Shown one piece after another: positions 8,797 to 16,990 of a DNA stretch of 64,000 nucleotides. The stretch spans positions 10,582 through 74,581 of the forward strand of contig JANJUF010000056.1 in the NCBI GenBank assembly GCA_024710705.1. The letters run 5' to 3'. The notes under the pieces were generated by a model. That model did not search any database, was not told the DNA's origin, and saw nothing but the letters and a program-made list of their open reading frames with translations. This DNA is from Gemmatimonadaceae bacterium. GTDB lineage: Bacteria; Gemmatimonadota; Gemmatimonadetes; Gemmatimonadales; Gemmatimonadaceae. Position 1 is the first letter of the stretch. Each line of letters starts with the position of its first letter. A program made the translations under genes and the position numbers.

Positions 8797-11448
8797 CTGC
8801 GCCCGGTCCGCGACACGTACCTGCCGCCGGACCACGAGGCGTTCGTTCGCAGCGGCGGTGCGCGTGGCCGCATCATCGTCATCGCCCCGACTCGCGCCGC
8901 CTGCGAGACGATCGAACTGGCCTTCGGGCTCGACATCGAGACCGTGCTCTGGAAGTCGAGAGGCACGGAGATGAGCGCGTTGGCGACGAAGCTCGCCGAA
9001 TCGGACGTGCGGCCGCGGCAGGGGTTCGGCATCGTGGCCGGCACGGGCACGGGGAAGACGCTCAGCGTGAAGCCCATTGCCAAGCTGCTGCTCGACACCG
9101 ATGAGCTGCGTGTGGGCGTGGTGAACCGCGAGCGCGAGGCCACGCCGGAGACGCCGAGTTGGAATGTGGTGATCGTCACCACCGGCATCGCGCGACGCTG
9201 GTTCCAGGATGGCGACATCCGCCCGCACGACACGCTCGTGGTGGACGAGATCCATCAGACGAGTGCGGAGCTGGAGTTGTGCCTCTCGCTCGGCAAGCGC
9301 ACGGGATGCCGCTTCGTGTGGTTGAGTGCGACGGTGGACCCGAGCTTCTACGCGCGCTACCTGAACGCGGCCGCGGTGGTGGAATCGAGTGCATTCGATC
9401 CCGCCAAGGCCGCCAAGGTGGAAGTGGAGCGCAAGAAGCCGGTGAACTTCCTCGACGATCGCTTCATCCAACGGGCCATCAAGGAGAAGCGCGGGATCGG
9501 CGTGTTCCTGCCGACGCGCGCCGGCGTGGAGGAAGTGGCCACGGACGTGGGCGCGCGCTATCCGCGGATGCAGGTGGCCTTCTATCACGGCGGCGAGCCC
9601 ATCCGCGTGATCCGGCCCTTCCTCGAGGGCGAGGTCGAGAAGCCCTTCCTGCTCGCGATGACCGCTGCCGGCCAGAGCGCGCTCAACGTGCAGGGGCTGG
9701 ACACGGTGGTGATTGACGACACGCGCTTCACCAACGTGGTGGAGCGTGGGCGCAACGTGCTCACGCGCCTGCACCTGGGCGCCAACGAGATCCTGCAGAT
9801 GGCGGGGCGCGTGCACGGCCGCGTGGCCGGCGGGCGGGTGTTCATCCTCTCGGACCGCGACATTCGGTTTGATCGCCTGGAACCGACGTCGCCCGAGTTC
9901 CAGCTCGCCGGCGATTCCGAGCGCGTGGCGCTCACCTGCGCGGCCCTGGGCGTGCGGGCGGACGAACTCGACCTGCCGGTGCCGCTCGACAAGCTCTCGT
10001 ACCGCAACTCGGTGGCCTTCCTCGAGAGCCGCGGGATCATCGAGAACGGGCGGCTCACGGAGTATGGCAAGGCGGTGGAAGCCATGCCGGTGGATCGCTC
10101 GTGGGCCGAGCTGCTCGTGCACTGCAGCGATGCGCTGCTGCCGTACGTGGCGGTGATGGCGAGCGTGGAATCGCTGCACCGGATGACGCGCGAGGATCGC
10201 GACCTGACCGGGTTGATCGTGCCGGGCAGCGATCATCTGACCACGTACAACGTGTACGCCGAGGCCTTCACCAAGTGTGGGTACCTGGGTGAGGTGTACG
10301 GCTTGCCGCGGCAGATGTTCGACGAGAGCATCGAGCGATGGGCCGAGGGACGCGGCGTGCTGGTGAAGTCGGTGGAGGATTCGGCGCTGGCGATGGCGAG
10401 CATCTATCGGTCGGTGGGGCTTCCGTTGCCGACGGTGATGCCGCGGACCACGCCGGCCATCGAGAAGCAGTGGATCGAGCTGTTGGCGAAGATCATGCCG
10501 TTCTCGCTGGTGATTGACGAAGCGACCGCCGATGGCGATGAGGCGCGCGTGTCGAAGACCAGCGTGTGCGGGAGCTGGGGGCCGATCGCGGGGACGCTGC
10601 GCTACTTCGCCGACAAGTTCGGCGTGGCGCGGGCGGGCATCGAAGGGACGCAGTTGCCGCGGGATCTGGTGCGGGCGATGGCCACCGGGCACACGCCGCG
10701 CCTTGTGTACGATCCATCGCATCGCGAGCGGCCGTTGGCGCTTGAGCGGCGGCTCACGTACTTCGGGTTCGAGTTGGAGCGGGAGCGCGAGCCGGTGCAG
10801 GACTTCCCGCCGGGGCTGGAGGCCGAGGCGCGGAAGGTGCTGGCCGAGGCCTTGGCGCGCGGGGAGGCACGGCATCCGGCGATTCCGCGCAACCGGCCGT
10901 TGATTGATGAGGTGCGCGAGGTGCGGCGGCGCAGTGGTGGGCGGACGGCGCGGCTCTCGCAAGCGGACCTTGCGGCCTGGTACGAGCGGGAGCTCGCCGG
11001 TGTGACGGGGCTCGCCGAGTTCAGGTCAGCGCCGCTGCGCTTCGATGCCGATGCGTTCGTGCCGGCGGCGGAGCGGGCGAAGTGGTTGGCGCTGCCGTCG
11101 GAGATTCGCGTGCGCGATCGCGACGTGGAGCTGCATTACGAGGTGGAGGAGACGCCGGACGGTCCGCTCGGCGTCGTGCGATTGCACATGCCGGAGAAGA
11201 TCGCGCGGTCACTCGTGAAGGAAGAGCTGCCGACGCTGGATCGCCCGATGCGGTTTGCCGTGGCGCGCGGGGCCCGCGGGACGATCAAGGCGGACACGCT
11301 GGAGGAGGCGCAGGAGGAGCTGCGGCGGCCGTGGATGCGCGAGGAAGCCGAGCCGAAGCGCGGGAAGCAGCCCGTGCACGGGCGGGCGGATGGTCGGGGG
11401 CGGGGGAAGGGGAAGCCGCCGTTTCCGAAGGGGCGGCGGAAGCGATAG
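8797..11448 (+). CDS. DExH-box (HrpA/HrpB-related) helicase; start probably CTG 8797, upstream of the track's GTG 8944
   Basis: GTGTGKT, DEIH, SAT, FLP, QMAGRVHGR; in-frame IIVIAPTRAACET at 8872-8910 lies upstream of the first canonical start. Confidence 0.8.
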   Translation: MRPVRDTYLPPDHEAFVRSGGARGRIIVIAPTRAACETIELAFGLDIETVLWKSRGTEMSALATKLAESDVRPRQGFGIVAGTGTGKTLSVKPIAKLLLDTDELRVGVVNREREATPETPSWNVVIVTTGIARRWFQDGDIRPHDTLVVDEIHQTSAELELCLSLGKRTGCRFVWLSATVDPSFYARYLNAAAVVESSAFDPAKAAKVEVERKKPVNFLDDRFIQRAIKEKRGIGVFLPTRAGVEEVATDVGARYPRMQVAFYHGGEPIRVIRPFLEGEVEKPFLLAMTAAGQSALNVQGLDTVVIDDTRFTNVVERGRNVLTRLHLGANEILQMAGRVHGRVAGGRVFILSDRDIRFDRLEPTSPEFQLAGDSERVALTCAALGVRADELDLPVPLDKLSYRNSVAFLESRGIIENGRLTEYGKAVEAMPVDRSWAELLVHCSDALLPYVAVMASVESLHRMTREDRDLTGLIVPGSDHLTTYNVYAEAFTKCGYLGEVYGLPRQMFDESIERWAEGRGVLVKSVEDSALAMASIYRSVGLPLPTVMPRTTPAIEKQWIELLAKIMPFSLVIDEATADGDEARVSKTSVCGSWGPIAGTLRYFADKFGVARAGIEGTQLPRDLVRAMATGHTPRLVYDPSHRERPLALERRLTYFGFELEREREPVQDFPPGLEAEARKVLAEALARGEARHPAIPRNRPLIDEVREVRRRSGGRTARLSQADLAAWYERELAGVTGLAEFRSAPLRFDADAFVPAAERAKWLALPSEIRVRDRDVELHYEVEETPDGPLGVVRLHMPEKIARSLVKEELPTLDRPMRFAVARGARGTIKADTLEEAQEELRRPWMREEAEPKRGKQPVHGRADGRGRGKGKPPFPKGRRKR

Positions 11449-11478
11449 GATTGCGGTAGTACTGGCGGACCAAATCAC

Positions 11479-11517
11479 AGGACCAGACTTCGGCACAGAT
11501 GTCTGGTCCTATTTTTT
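11479..11517 (+). terminator. Intrinsic terminator-like hairpin after the helicase
   Basis: AGGACCAGAC-N12-GTCTGGTCCT followed by ATTTTTT. Confidence 0.6.
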
Positions 11518-11527
11518 GTCCAGCAAT

Positions 11528-11552
11528 TAAACTGTTGTCATATAACAACTTA
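11528..11552. promoter_or_regulatory. AT-rich symmetric site resembling back-to-back IHF-type sites
   Basis: TAAACTGTTGTCATATAACAACTTA; GTTGT/ACAAC dyad; CAA-N4-TTA on minus strand. Confidence 0.4.
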
Positions 11553-11574
11553 AGTCCAATTAGTTGACCTGTTA

Positions 11575-11603
11575 TTGTCCTTAGGACCAAGTAGTCCTAT
11601 TCT
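11575..11603 (+). promoter_or_regulatory. Sigma70-type promoter with palindromic operator in the spacer
   Basis: TTGTCC-N17-TATTCT; palindrome TAGGAC-N6-GTCCTA at 11582-11599; -10 ends 6 nt before GTG 11610. Confidence 0.7.
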
Positions 11604-11609
11604 TCGCTC

Positions 11610-12206
11610 GTGACCCAGAAGCGAATTCAGATCCTCGACGCCGCGGCAGAACTCATCGCCGACAAGGGCTTCGTGCACACGTCCGTGGACGACGTCATCG
11701 CGCGCGCTGGCCTCAGCGGCAAGAGTCACTTCTATCACTACTTCAAGTCGAAAGAGTCGCTCGGCCACGAAGTGCTCGCGCGCCAGTTCGATGTGCTCGC
11801 CGAGCGCGGCCTCGCGATCCTCCGCGAACCGACCCTCGAGCCGCTCGAGCGCGTGAACGTCTTCATCGACTCCGTGGTGGCGCTGCAGGCCGAGCGCGGC
11901 GGACGCTCGAGCTCGCCCTTCGGGGCGCTGGCCACCGAGATGGCGGCCATGGACGAGGGGTTCCGCGTGCGCATCGCGCGCGTGTTCCGCTCCTGGACCG
12001 AGGAGATCGCCGGCCTGTTGGGGCAGGTGAAGGACCAGCTCGAGGAAGACACCGACCCGCTGCGCCTTGCGCGCTTCATCGTGGCCACGCTCGAGGGGGC
12101 CACCACGATGGCGCGCATGAAGCGGGATGTGAGCCTGATGCACGGGGTAGCGACTGATCTGAAGCGCTTTGTGGCGGGGCATGTCCGCCGCAGCTTGTCC
12201 ACGTAG
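11610..12206 (+). CDS. TetR/AcrR family transcriptional regulator (NemR-like)
   Basis: N-terminal HTH ILDAAAELIADKGF...FYHYFKSKE. Confidence 0.92.
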   Translation: MTQKRIQILDAAAELIADKGFVHTSVDDVIARAGLSGKSHFYHYFKSKESLGHEVLARQFDVLAERGLAILREPTLEPLERVNVFIDSVVALQAERGGRSSSPFGALATEMAAMDEGFRVRIARVFRSWTEEIAGLLGQVKDQLEEDTDPLRLARFIVATLEGATTMARMKRDVSLMHGVATDLKRFVAGHVRRSLST

Positions 12207-12228
12207 TCGAAGTCCAGGGAGAACGCGC

Positions 12229-12861
12229 ATGGCATCGATGGCCGCAGGATTCAACATGTTCGGGGTGGACGACCGCGCGAACGAGCGCGAGCGGACGGAG
12301 CGCCGGGCGCGCTTTGACGCCGAGGCGATGGCGCAGCTCGACGCGCTCTACTCCTTCGCGCTCAAGCTCACCCGCGGGCGCGACGACGCCGAGGACCTCG
12401 TATCCGACACGCTACTCCGCGCCTTCCAGCGCTGGGAGCAGTACCGCCTCGGCACCAACATTCGCGCCTGGCTCTTCACCATCCTCTACCACGCCTTCGT
12501 GAGCCGCAAGCGCCGCATTGACGCGCGCGAAGTCCAGCCGCTCGAGGACGAAGACGGCCGCGAGCTGTTCGAGCCGGTGGGCGAGGCCGATCCCGAAGGC
12601 ACCTTCTACGACTCGTTCGTGGACCAGGAGATCGTGGACGCCATCCACGCGCTGCCGGAGGAGTACCGCGCGGCGGTGGTGATGAGCGACCTGCACGGGC
12701 TGCGCTACGGCGAGATCGCGCAGGTGCTGGGCGTGCCGGAAGGGACGATCAAGTCGCGCCTCTTCCGCGGCCGGCGGCTGCTGCAGGCGCAGTTGCGCGA
12801 GTACGCCGAGGCGATGGGCTACATCAAGCGCGGTGCTTCCGTCGCGACCGCAGGGCTTTAG
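12229..12861 (+). CDS. ECF RNA polymerase sigma factor (SigH/SigR-like)
   Basis: DAEDLVSDT, GTNIRAWLFTIL, LPEEYR, YGEIAQVLGVPEGTIKSRLFRGR; AGGGAG SD before ATG 12229. Confidence 0.92.
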   Translation: MASMAAGFNMFGVDDRANERERTERRARFDAEAMAQLDALYSFALKLTRGRDDAEDLVSDTLLRAFQRWEQYRLGTNIRAWLFTILYHAFVSRKRRIDAREVQPLEDEDGRELFEPVGEADPEGTFYDSFVDQEIVDAIHALPEEYRAAVVMSDLHGLRYGEIAQVLGVPEGTIKSRLFRGRRLLQAQLREYAEAMGYIKRGASVATAGL

Positions 12862-13456
12862 CGCGATTCCCACACGTCGCCATGTCGCACCAGCGGCGCG
12901 TGTGGGAGCGGGTGACATCCACGAAGACCCGGGGGCAGCGGCGGTCGGCGCAGGATCGCACGCGTGCGAGTTCCCCGTTCACGAGCGAGTCCACCGCGGA
13001 CTCCACGATGGGGATGATGAGCCCGCCGAAAGCATCCCCGACCGCCACGAAGCTCCTGGCATAGCCGCCGGCATCCGTCGTCTCCACACGCCGGGTGCCG
13101 GCGGATCTTCCAAGGACGCGGTTGATCTCCGAGAGCGCGTGCTCGCGCGCCCGGGCGCCGCTGTCGCTGCGGCCCTGCTCGGCGAGGGAGCGCAGCGCAG
13201 CGCGCATGCGCCGGGCCTCCACGAGCGCGGCGGCCGCGCCGGAGGGCTGCTCGACGGCGCGGCGCTGCAGTGCCGTGGCCCGGTCGGCATCCACCACGCC
13301 GGTGGCGGCGAGCCAATCCACGTAGCGCTCGAACGAGGCGATGGTCTCCACGCGCTCGCCGAGCCGCGCATCGTCCGTGTTGACGAAATCGAGCCAGAGC
13401 CGTCCGCCGACGAGGACGAACGGGGGCTCAGAACTCGAAGTGCGTCGCAACGCCAT
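12824..13456 (-). CDS. ABATE / CGNR zinc-finger domain protein
   Basis: LDFVNT N-terminus; C-x4-C...RRWCDMATCGNRAK. Confidence 0.92.
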   Translation of the reverse strand: MALRRTSSSEPPFVLVGGRLWLDFVNTDDARLGERVETIASFERYVDWLAATGVVDADRATALQRRAVEQPSGAAAALVEARRMRAALRSLAEQGRSDSGARAREHALSEINRVLGRSAGTRRVETTDAGGYARSFVAVGDAFGGLIIPIVESAVDSLVNGELARVRSCADRRCPRVFVDVTRSHTRRWCDMATCGNRAKALRSRRKHRA

Positions 13457-13492
13457 ACCGCGAAGATAGCGCGTGGCGTCTAGATTCGTCGC
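13457..13492. promoter_or_regulatory. 36-bp divergent promoter region with two back-to-back -10-like hexamers
   Basis: TAGATT 13481-13486 (+) and TATCTT 13468-13463 (-), each 6 nt from an ATG. Confidence 0.6.
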
Positions 13493-14026
13493 ATGATTTC
13501 AGACGTCCGGAGCGTGGCAGTGGGTTCGGGGAATCCGGTGAAGCTGGCGGCCGCGACGGCGGTGCTGGCCTGGGCCGCGCCGGGGGCGAGCGTGACGGCG
13601 CAGGTGGTGGCCAGCGGCGTGCCCGACCAACCATTCGGCGACGACGAGACCATCGCCGGCGCGCGCGAGCGGGCAGTCCGTGCGCGCGAGGCGCTCGACG
13701 CGGACCTCGGCGTGGGGCTGGAGGGCGGAGTGGTGGACGGCCCCTCCGGCATGCGCACCTGCGCCTGGTGCGTGGTGGTGCATCGCGACGGCCGCGAGGG
13801 CGTCGGCGGATCGCTGGCAATGCCGTTGCCCGATGCCGTGGCCGTGTTGATCCGCGGTGGCGAGGAGCTCGGCCACGCGATGGACCGGCTCGTGGCCGAG
13901 CGCGGCACCAAGCACGGCAAAGGCGCCGTGGGGATCCTCACCGCAGGGCGGATCGATCGCCAAGGCGCCTACGAGGTGCTGGTGACGTACGCGCTGGCGC
14001 CTTTCGTGACGCCAGCGCTGTACTAG
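13493..14026 (+). CDS. yjjX: Inosine/xanthosine triphosphatase (YjjX family)
   Basis: GSGNPVK, SGVPDQP, GLEGG, ELG, GAVGILT. Confidence 0.88.
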   Translation: MISDVRSVAVGSGNPVKLAAATAVLAWAAPGASVTAQVVASGVPDQPFGDDETIAGARERAVRAREALDADLGVGLEGGVVDGPSGMRTCAWCVVVHRDGREGVGGSLAMPLPDAVAVLIRGGEELGHAMDRLVAERGTKHGKGAVGILTAGRIDRQGAYEVLVTYALAPFVTPALY

Positions 14027-14027
14027 C

Positions 14028-14945
14028 TCAGTCCTTCATCGGACGGAGCACGAGCACCGGACAGCTGGCCGTGCGGATCAGCTTGTCGGCCACCGAGCCC
14101 ACGAAGAGGCGCGAGAGGCCGCGGCCCTGCGTGGCCAGGGCGAGGCAGTCGGCCTTGCTCTCGGTGAGATGCGCCTTGATGGCCTTCACCGGCGACATCT
14201 CCATGCGGACGATGGCGTGGGCCTTCACCCCCACTTCCGCAAGCCCGGCCACGACGCCGTCAATCGCCTGCTTCGCGTTCTGCATCTCGAGGTCAATGCC
14301 GAAGGGGTCGGGACGGTCACCCGTGAGCGGTCCGACGACATCGCCGGGGATGTAGGGGGCGACCATGCGCACGATGTCCACTTCGGCGCCGAAGAGCACG
14401 GCCAGGTCACGCGCGACGGGGATGATGCCGTCGGCGCGGGCGCTGCCATCGAGGGCCATCACGATCTTCCGTGGCACGAAGGGCTCGCCCTTGTGCGCAT
14501 CGTTCTCGGGCAGTGCGAGCACCGCGCGATGCGAGTGGCGGATGACGGCATCGGAGACGGACCCGAGCCAGCCGGGCGCGAATCCGCCGGCGCCGTGTGT
14601 GGTCATCACGATGAGGCCGGCCTCGACCTTGTCGGCGGCCTCGGTGATCACACCGGAGGGCGAGCCGTCGTCCACGCTGCCGTCCACGCGCACGCCCCAC
14701 TCGGCGGCCAGCCGCTTGGCGGTCTCGGTGATGTACTTCGTGGCCCGGTTGCGCAGGGAATCGTCGGCGGCGAGCATGTCCTGCGTGATCACGCCCTCGG
14801 CCGTGGCACCGACGATGGCCAGCGGGACGTGCGCGCGGATGAGATGGACGGCGCCGCCGGCGCGCCGGGCGATATCGAGGGCGATGGGCAGGGCGCGCTC
14901 CGCGAGGGGCGACCCGTCGAGCGGGACGAGGATGGAGCGTAGCAT
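14028..14945 (-). CDS. Tandem-domain universal stress protein
   Basis: Two USP repeats: ILVPLDGS...MTTHG..LGSVSD and MALDGS...ATQGRG..GSVADK. Confidence 0.92.
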   Translation of the reverse strand: MLRSILVPLDGSPLAERALPIALDIARRAGGAVHLIRAHVPLAIVGATAEGVITQDMLAADDSLRNRATKYITETAKRLAAEWGVRVDGSVDDGSPSGVITEAADKVEAGLIVMTTHGAGGFAPGWLGSVSDAVIRHSHRAVLALPENDAHKGEPFVPRKIVMALDGSARADGIIPVARDLAVLFGAEVDIVRMVAPYIPGDVVGPLTGDRPDPFGIDLEMQNAKQAIDGVVAGLAEVGVKAHAIVRMEMSPVKAIKAHLTESKADCLALATQGRGLSRLFVGSVADKLIRTASCPVLVLRPMKD

Positions 14946-15045
14946 GTGACCTCCGGTCCAAAGGGCGTCGAGCGGCCCGACCGGGGACCGCTGCCTGATG
15001 CTACCATTCTACACCGCGGGAATCCGTAAGACCTTCCCCGAACCT

Positions 15046-15501
15046 ATGTCAGGCGAATCCGTGACCGAACAGAGACCGCTCCCCTTCAAGATCCAGCAAC
15101 GCGTGCGGTGGAGCGACTGCGACCCGCTCGGGATCATCTGGTACGGGGCGTACCTCAAGTACTTCGAGTCGGCCGAGCACGACATGATGCGGGCATCGGG
15201 CCTGCCGTATGAGACGTTGCGGGTGGAGCGCGGGATCCAGCTGCCGCGGCGGGCGTTCCAGGTGGAGTTCCACTCGCCGGCGCAGATGGACGAGATGCTC
15301 GACATCGAGGTGGGCATCTCCAAGATCGGGCAGTCGAGCATCGCGTACGTGTTTGCCGCGTACCGGGCCTCGGACCGCAGCTTGCGCGCGACGGCCACGC
15401 TCACGGTGGTGGCGGTGAAGGCCGAGAAGGGCGCCCTCGAGAAGCGCGCGCTGCCCGAGTGGCTGCGCGAGGCGCTTACGCCCTTCCTGGTGGGGGCGTA
15501 A
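15046..15501 (+). CDS. Acyl-CoA thioesterase (4HBT/YbgC hotdog family)
   Basis: VRWSDCDPLGIIWYGAYLKYFE; start uncertain (14998, 15046 or 15061). Confidence 0.85.
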   Translation: MSGESVTEQRPLPFKIQQRVRWSDCDPLGIIWYGAYLKYFESAEHDMMRASGLPYETLRVERGIQLPRRAFQVEFHSPAQMDEMLDIEVGISKIGQSSIAYVFAAYRASDRSLRATATLTVVAVKAEKGALEKRALPEWLREALTPFLVGA

Positions 15502-16954
15502 CGGGCGTCCCCCTGGGCGCGGTGTTGGAACGGCTGCGCGCTTCCATCGCCTTGCTGACGCGCTTCTGGAGGCGCTGCAGGCCATCGTACGCCGCGTACT
15601 TGAAGGCGTCGCTGAGCGTAGGGTAGTTGAAGACGCTCTGGATGAAGTAGTCGAGCGTCCCGTTGAACTGCAGGACGGCGGCGGGAATGTGCACGAGCTC
15701 GCAGGCGCCCTCGCCGATGACACTCGCGCCGATAAGGCGTTGGTCGTCGGAGCGGAAGACGAGCTTCACGAAGCCCTCGGTGTCGCCGATGATCTGGCCG
15801 CGGGGATTGTTGCGGAAGGAGGCCTTGCCCGTTTCCACGGGAATTCCCTTGGCCCGCGCCTCGTCCTCGCCGAGCCCCACGGTGGCGATCTCGGGCACGG
15901 TCCACACGCCGTAGGGGAGGATGGTGGACATCGCCGTCTTGTAGCGCAGGTCGAAGGCGTGGCACATGGCCACGCGGGCCTGCTCCATGGCGGTGGACGC
16001 GAGGGCGGGGAAGCCCACGATGTCTCCGGCGGCGAAGATGTGCGCTGCGCTCGTGCGGTACTGGGCATCCACGGTGATGAAGCCGCGCGCGTTGGTCTTC
16101 ACGCCGGCCTTCTCGAGGTGCAGGCCGTCGGCATTGCCCTCGCGACCGGCGCAGTAGAGCACGCAGTCGGCGGCAAGTTGGCGTCCGTCGCCGAGGGTGA
16201 CCGTGGCGAGCTCACCCGCCACCTGCACGTCGGTGACGGCGGCATCGAGGATCACCTGCACGCCGAGCCGTCGCGTCATCTCATTGCGCAGCGCGTCGGA
16301 GAGGTCGGTGTCGAGCTGCATCAGCAGGCGCTCGCGGGAGTTCACGAGCGTGACGCGCACGCCAAGGGCGCCGAAGATGCCGGCGTACTCGCAGCCGATC
16401 ACCCCGCCGCCGATCACCACCAGGCGGTTGGGAATGGCGGGAAGGGTGAGCACGTCGTCGCTGTCCACGACGATGCGGCCGTCGAAGGGAATCTCCCTCG
16501 GATGAGACGGGCGTGAGCCGGTGGCCACGAGGAACACGTCCGCCGTGATGCGGCGCACGGGCTGCTGGAAGCGCGTGACGTCGAGCGTCCGCGGGTCGGC
16601 GAACTGGGCCGCACCCTGCACCTTGGTGATGCGGTGGCGCTCGAGGTTCTGGTCAATCAGCTGCCACGAGGACTCCACCACCGCCCGCTCGCGGTGCATG
16701 AAGTCGCCGATGGTGATGTCGGACTTCACCCGGTAATCCACGCCGTAGAGCCCCCGTTGGCGCAACCCGCTCAAGTAGAGCGCGGTCTCGCGCAGGGTCT
16801 TGGAGGGGATGGTGCCGGTGTTCACGGCGGCACCACCGGGCTTCGGGGCGCGTTCAACCAGGCAGACGGACTTCCCGAAGTAGGCGGCCTGCGCGGCGCC
16901 CTTCTCCCCGGCGGGTCCACTCCCGATGACGCAGAGATCGAAGTGCTCGGCCAT
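15476..16954 (-). CDS. sthA: Soluble Si-specific NAD(P)+ transhydrogenase
   Basis: GSGPAGEKGAAQAA, GTIPSKTLRE, GGGVIGCEY, GFPALAST, FNYPTL; real start ATG 16954. Confidence 0.9.
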   Translation of the reverse strand: MAEHFDLCVIGSGPAGEKGAAQAAYFGKSVCLVERAPKPGGAAVNTGTIPSKTLRETALYLSGLRQRGLYGVDYRVKSDITIGDFMHRERAVVESSWQLIDQNLERHRITKVQGAAQFADPRTLDVTRFQQPVRRITADVFLVATGSRPSHPREIPFDGRIVVDSDDVLTLPAIPNRLVVIGGGVIGCEYAGIFGALGVRVTLVNSRERLLMQLDTDLSDALRNEMTRRLGVQVILDAAVTDVQVAGELATVTLGDGRQLAADCVLYCAGREGNADGLHLEKAGVKTNARGFITVDAQYRTSAAHIFAAGDIVGFPALASTAMEQARVAMCHAFDLRYKTAMSTILPYGVWTVPEIATVGLGEDEARAKGIPVETGKASFRNNPRGQIIGDTEGFVKLVFRSDDQRLIGASVIGEGACELVHIPAAVLQFNGTLDYFIQSVFNYPTLSDAFKYAAYDGLQRLQKRVSKAMEARSRSNTAPRGTPVTPPPGRA

Positions 16955-16990
16955 TGGGCGCAATCTTACGACTTCCCTTAGATTTCTGCT
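16955..16990. promoter_or_regulatory. 36-bp divergent promoter region (sthA/ispH)
   Basis: TAGATT 16979-16984 is 6 nt before the ispH ATG; TAAGAT on minus strand (16968-16963) is 8 nt before the sthA ATG. Confidence 0.6.

Noticed and set aside
7042-10962. 1306-aa minus-strand ORF
   Set aside because: Antisense shadow of pfkA and the helicase; Arg/His/Ala-rich with no motifs, typical of high-GC codon bias
11449-11609. AT-rich patch as a foreign island or replication origin
   Set aside because: Only about 160 bp, no DnaA boxes or mobility genes; explained by terminator, promoter and operator
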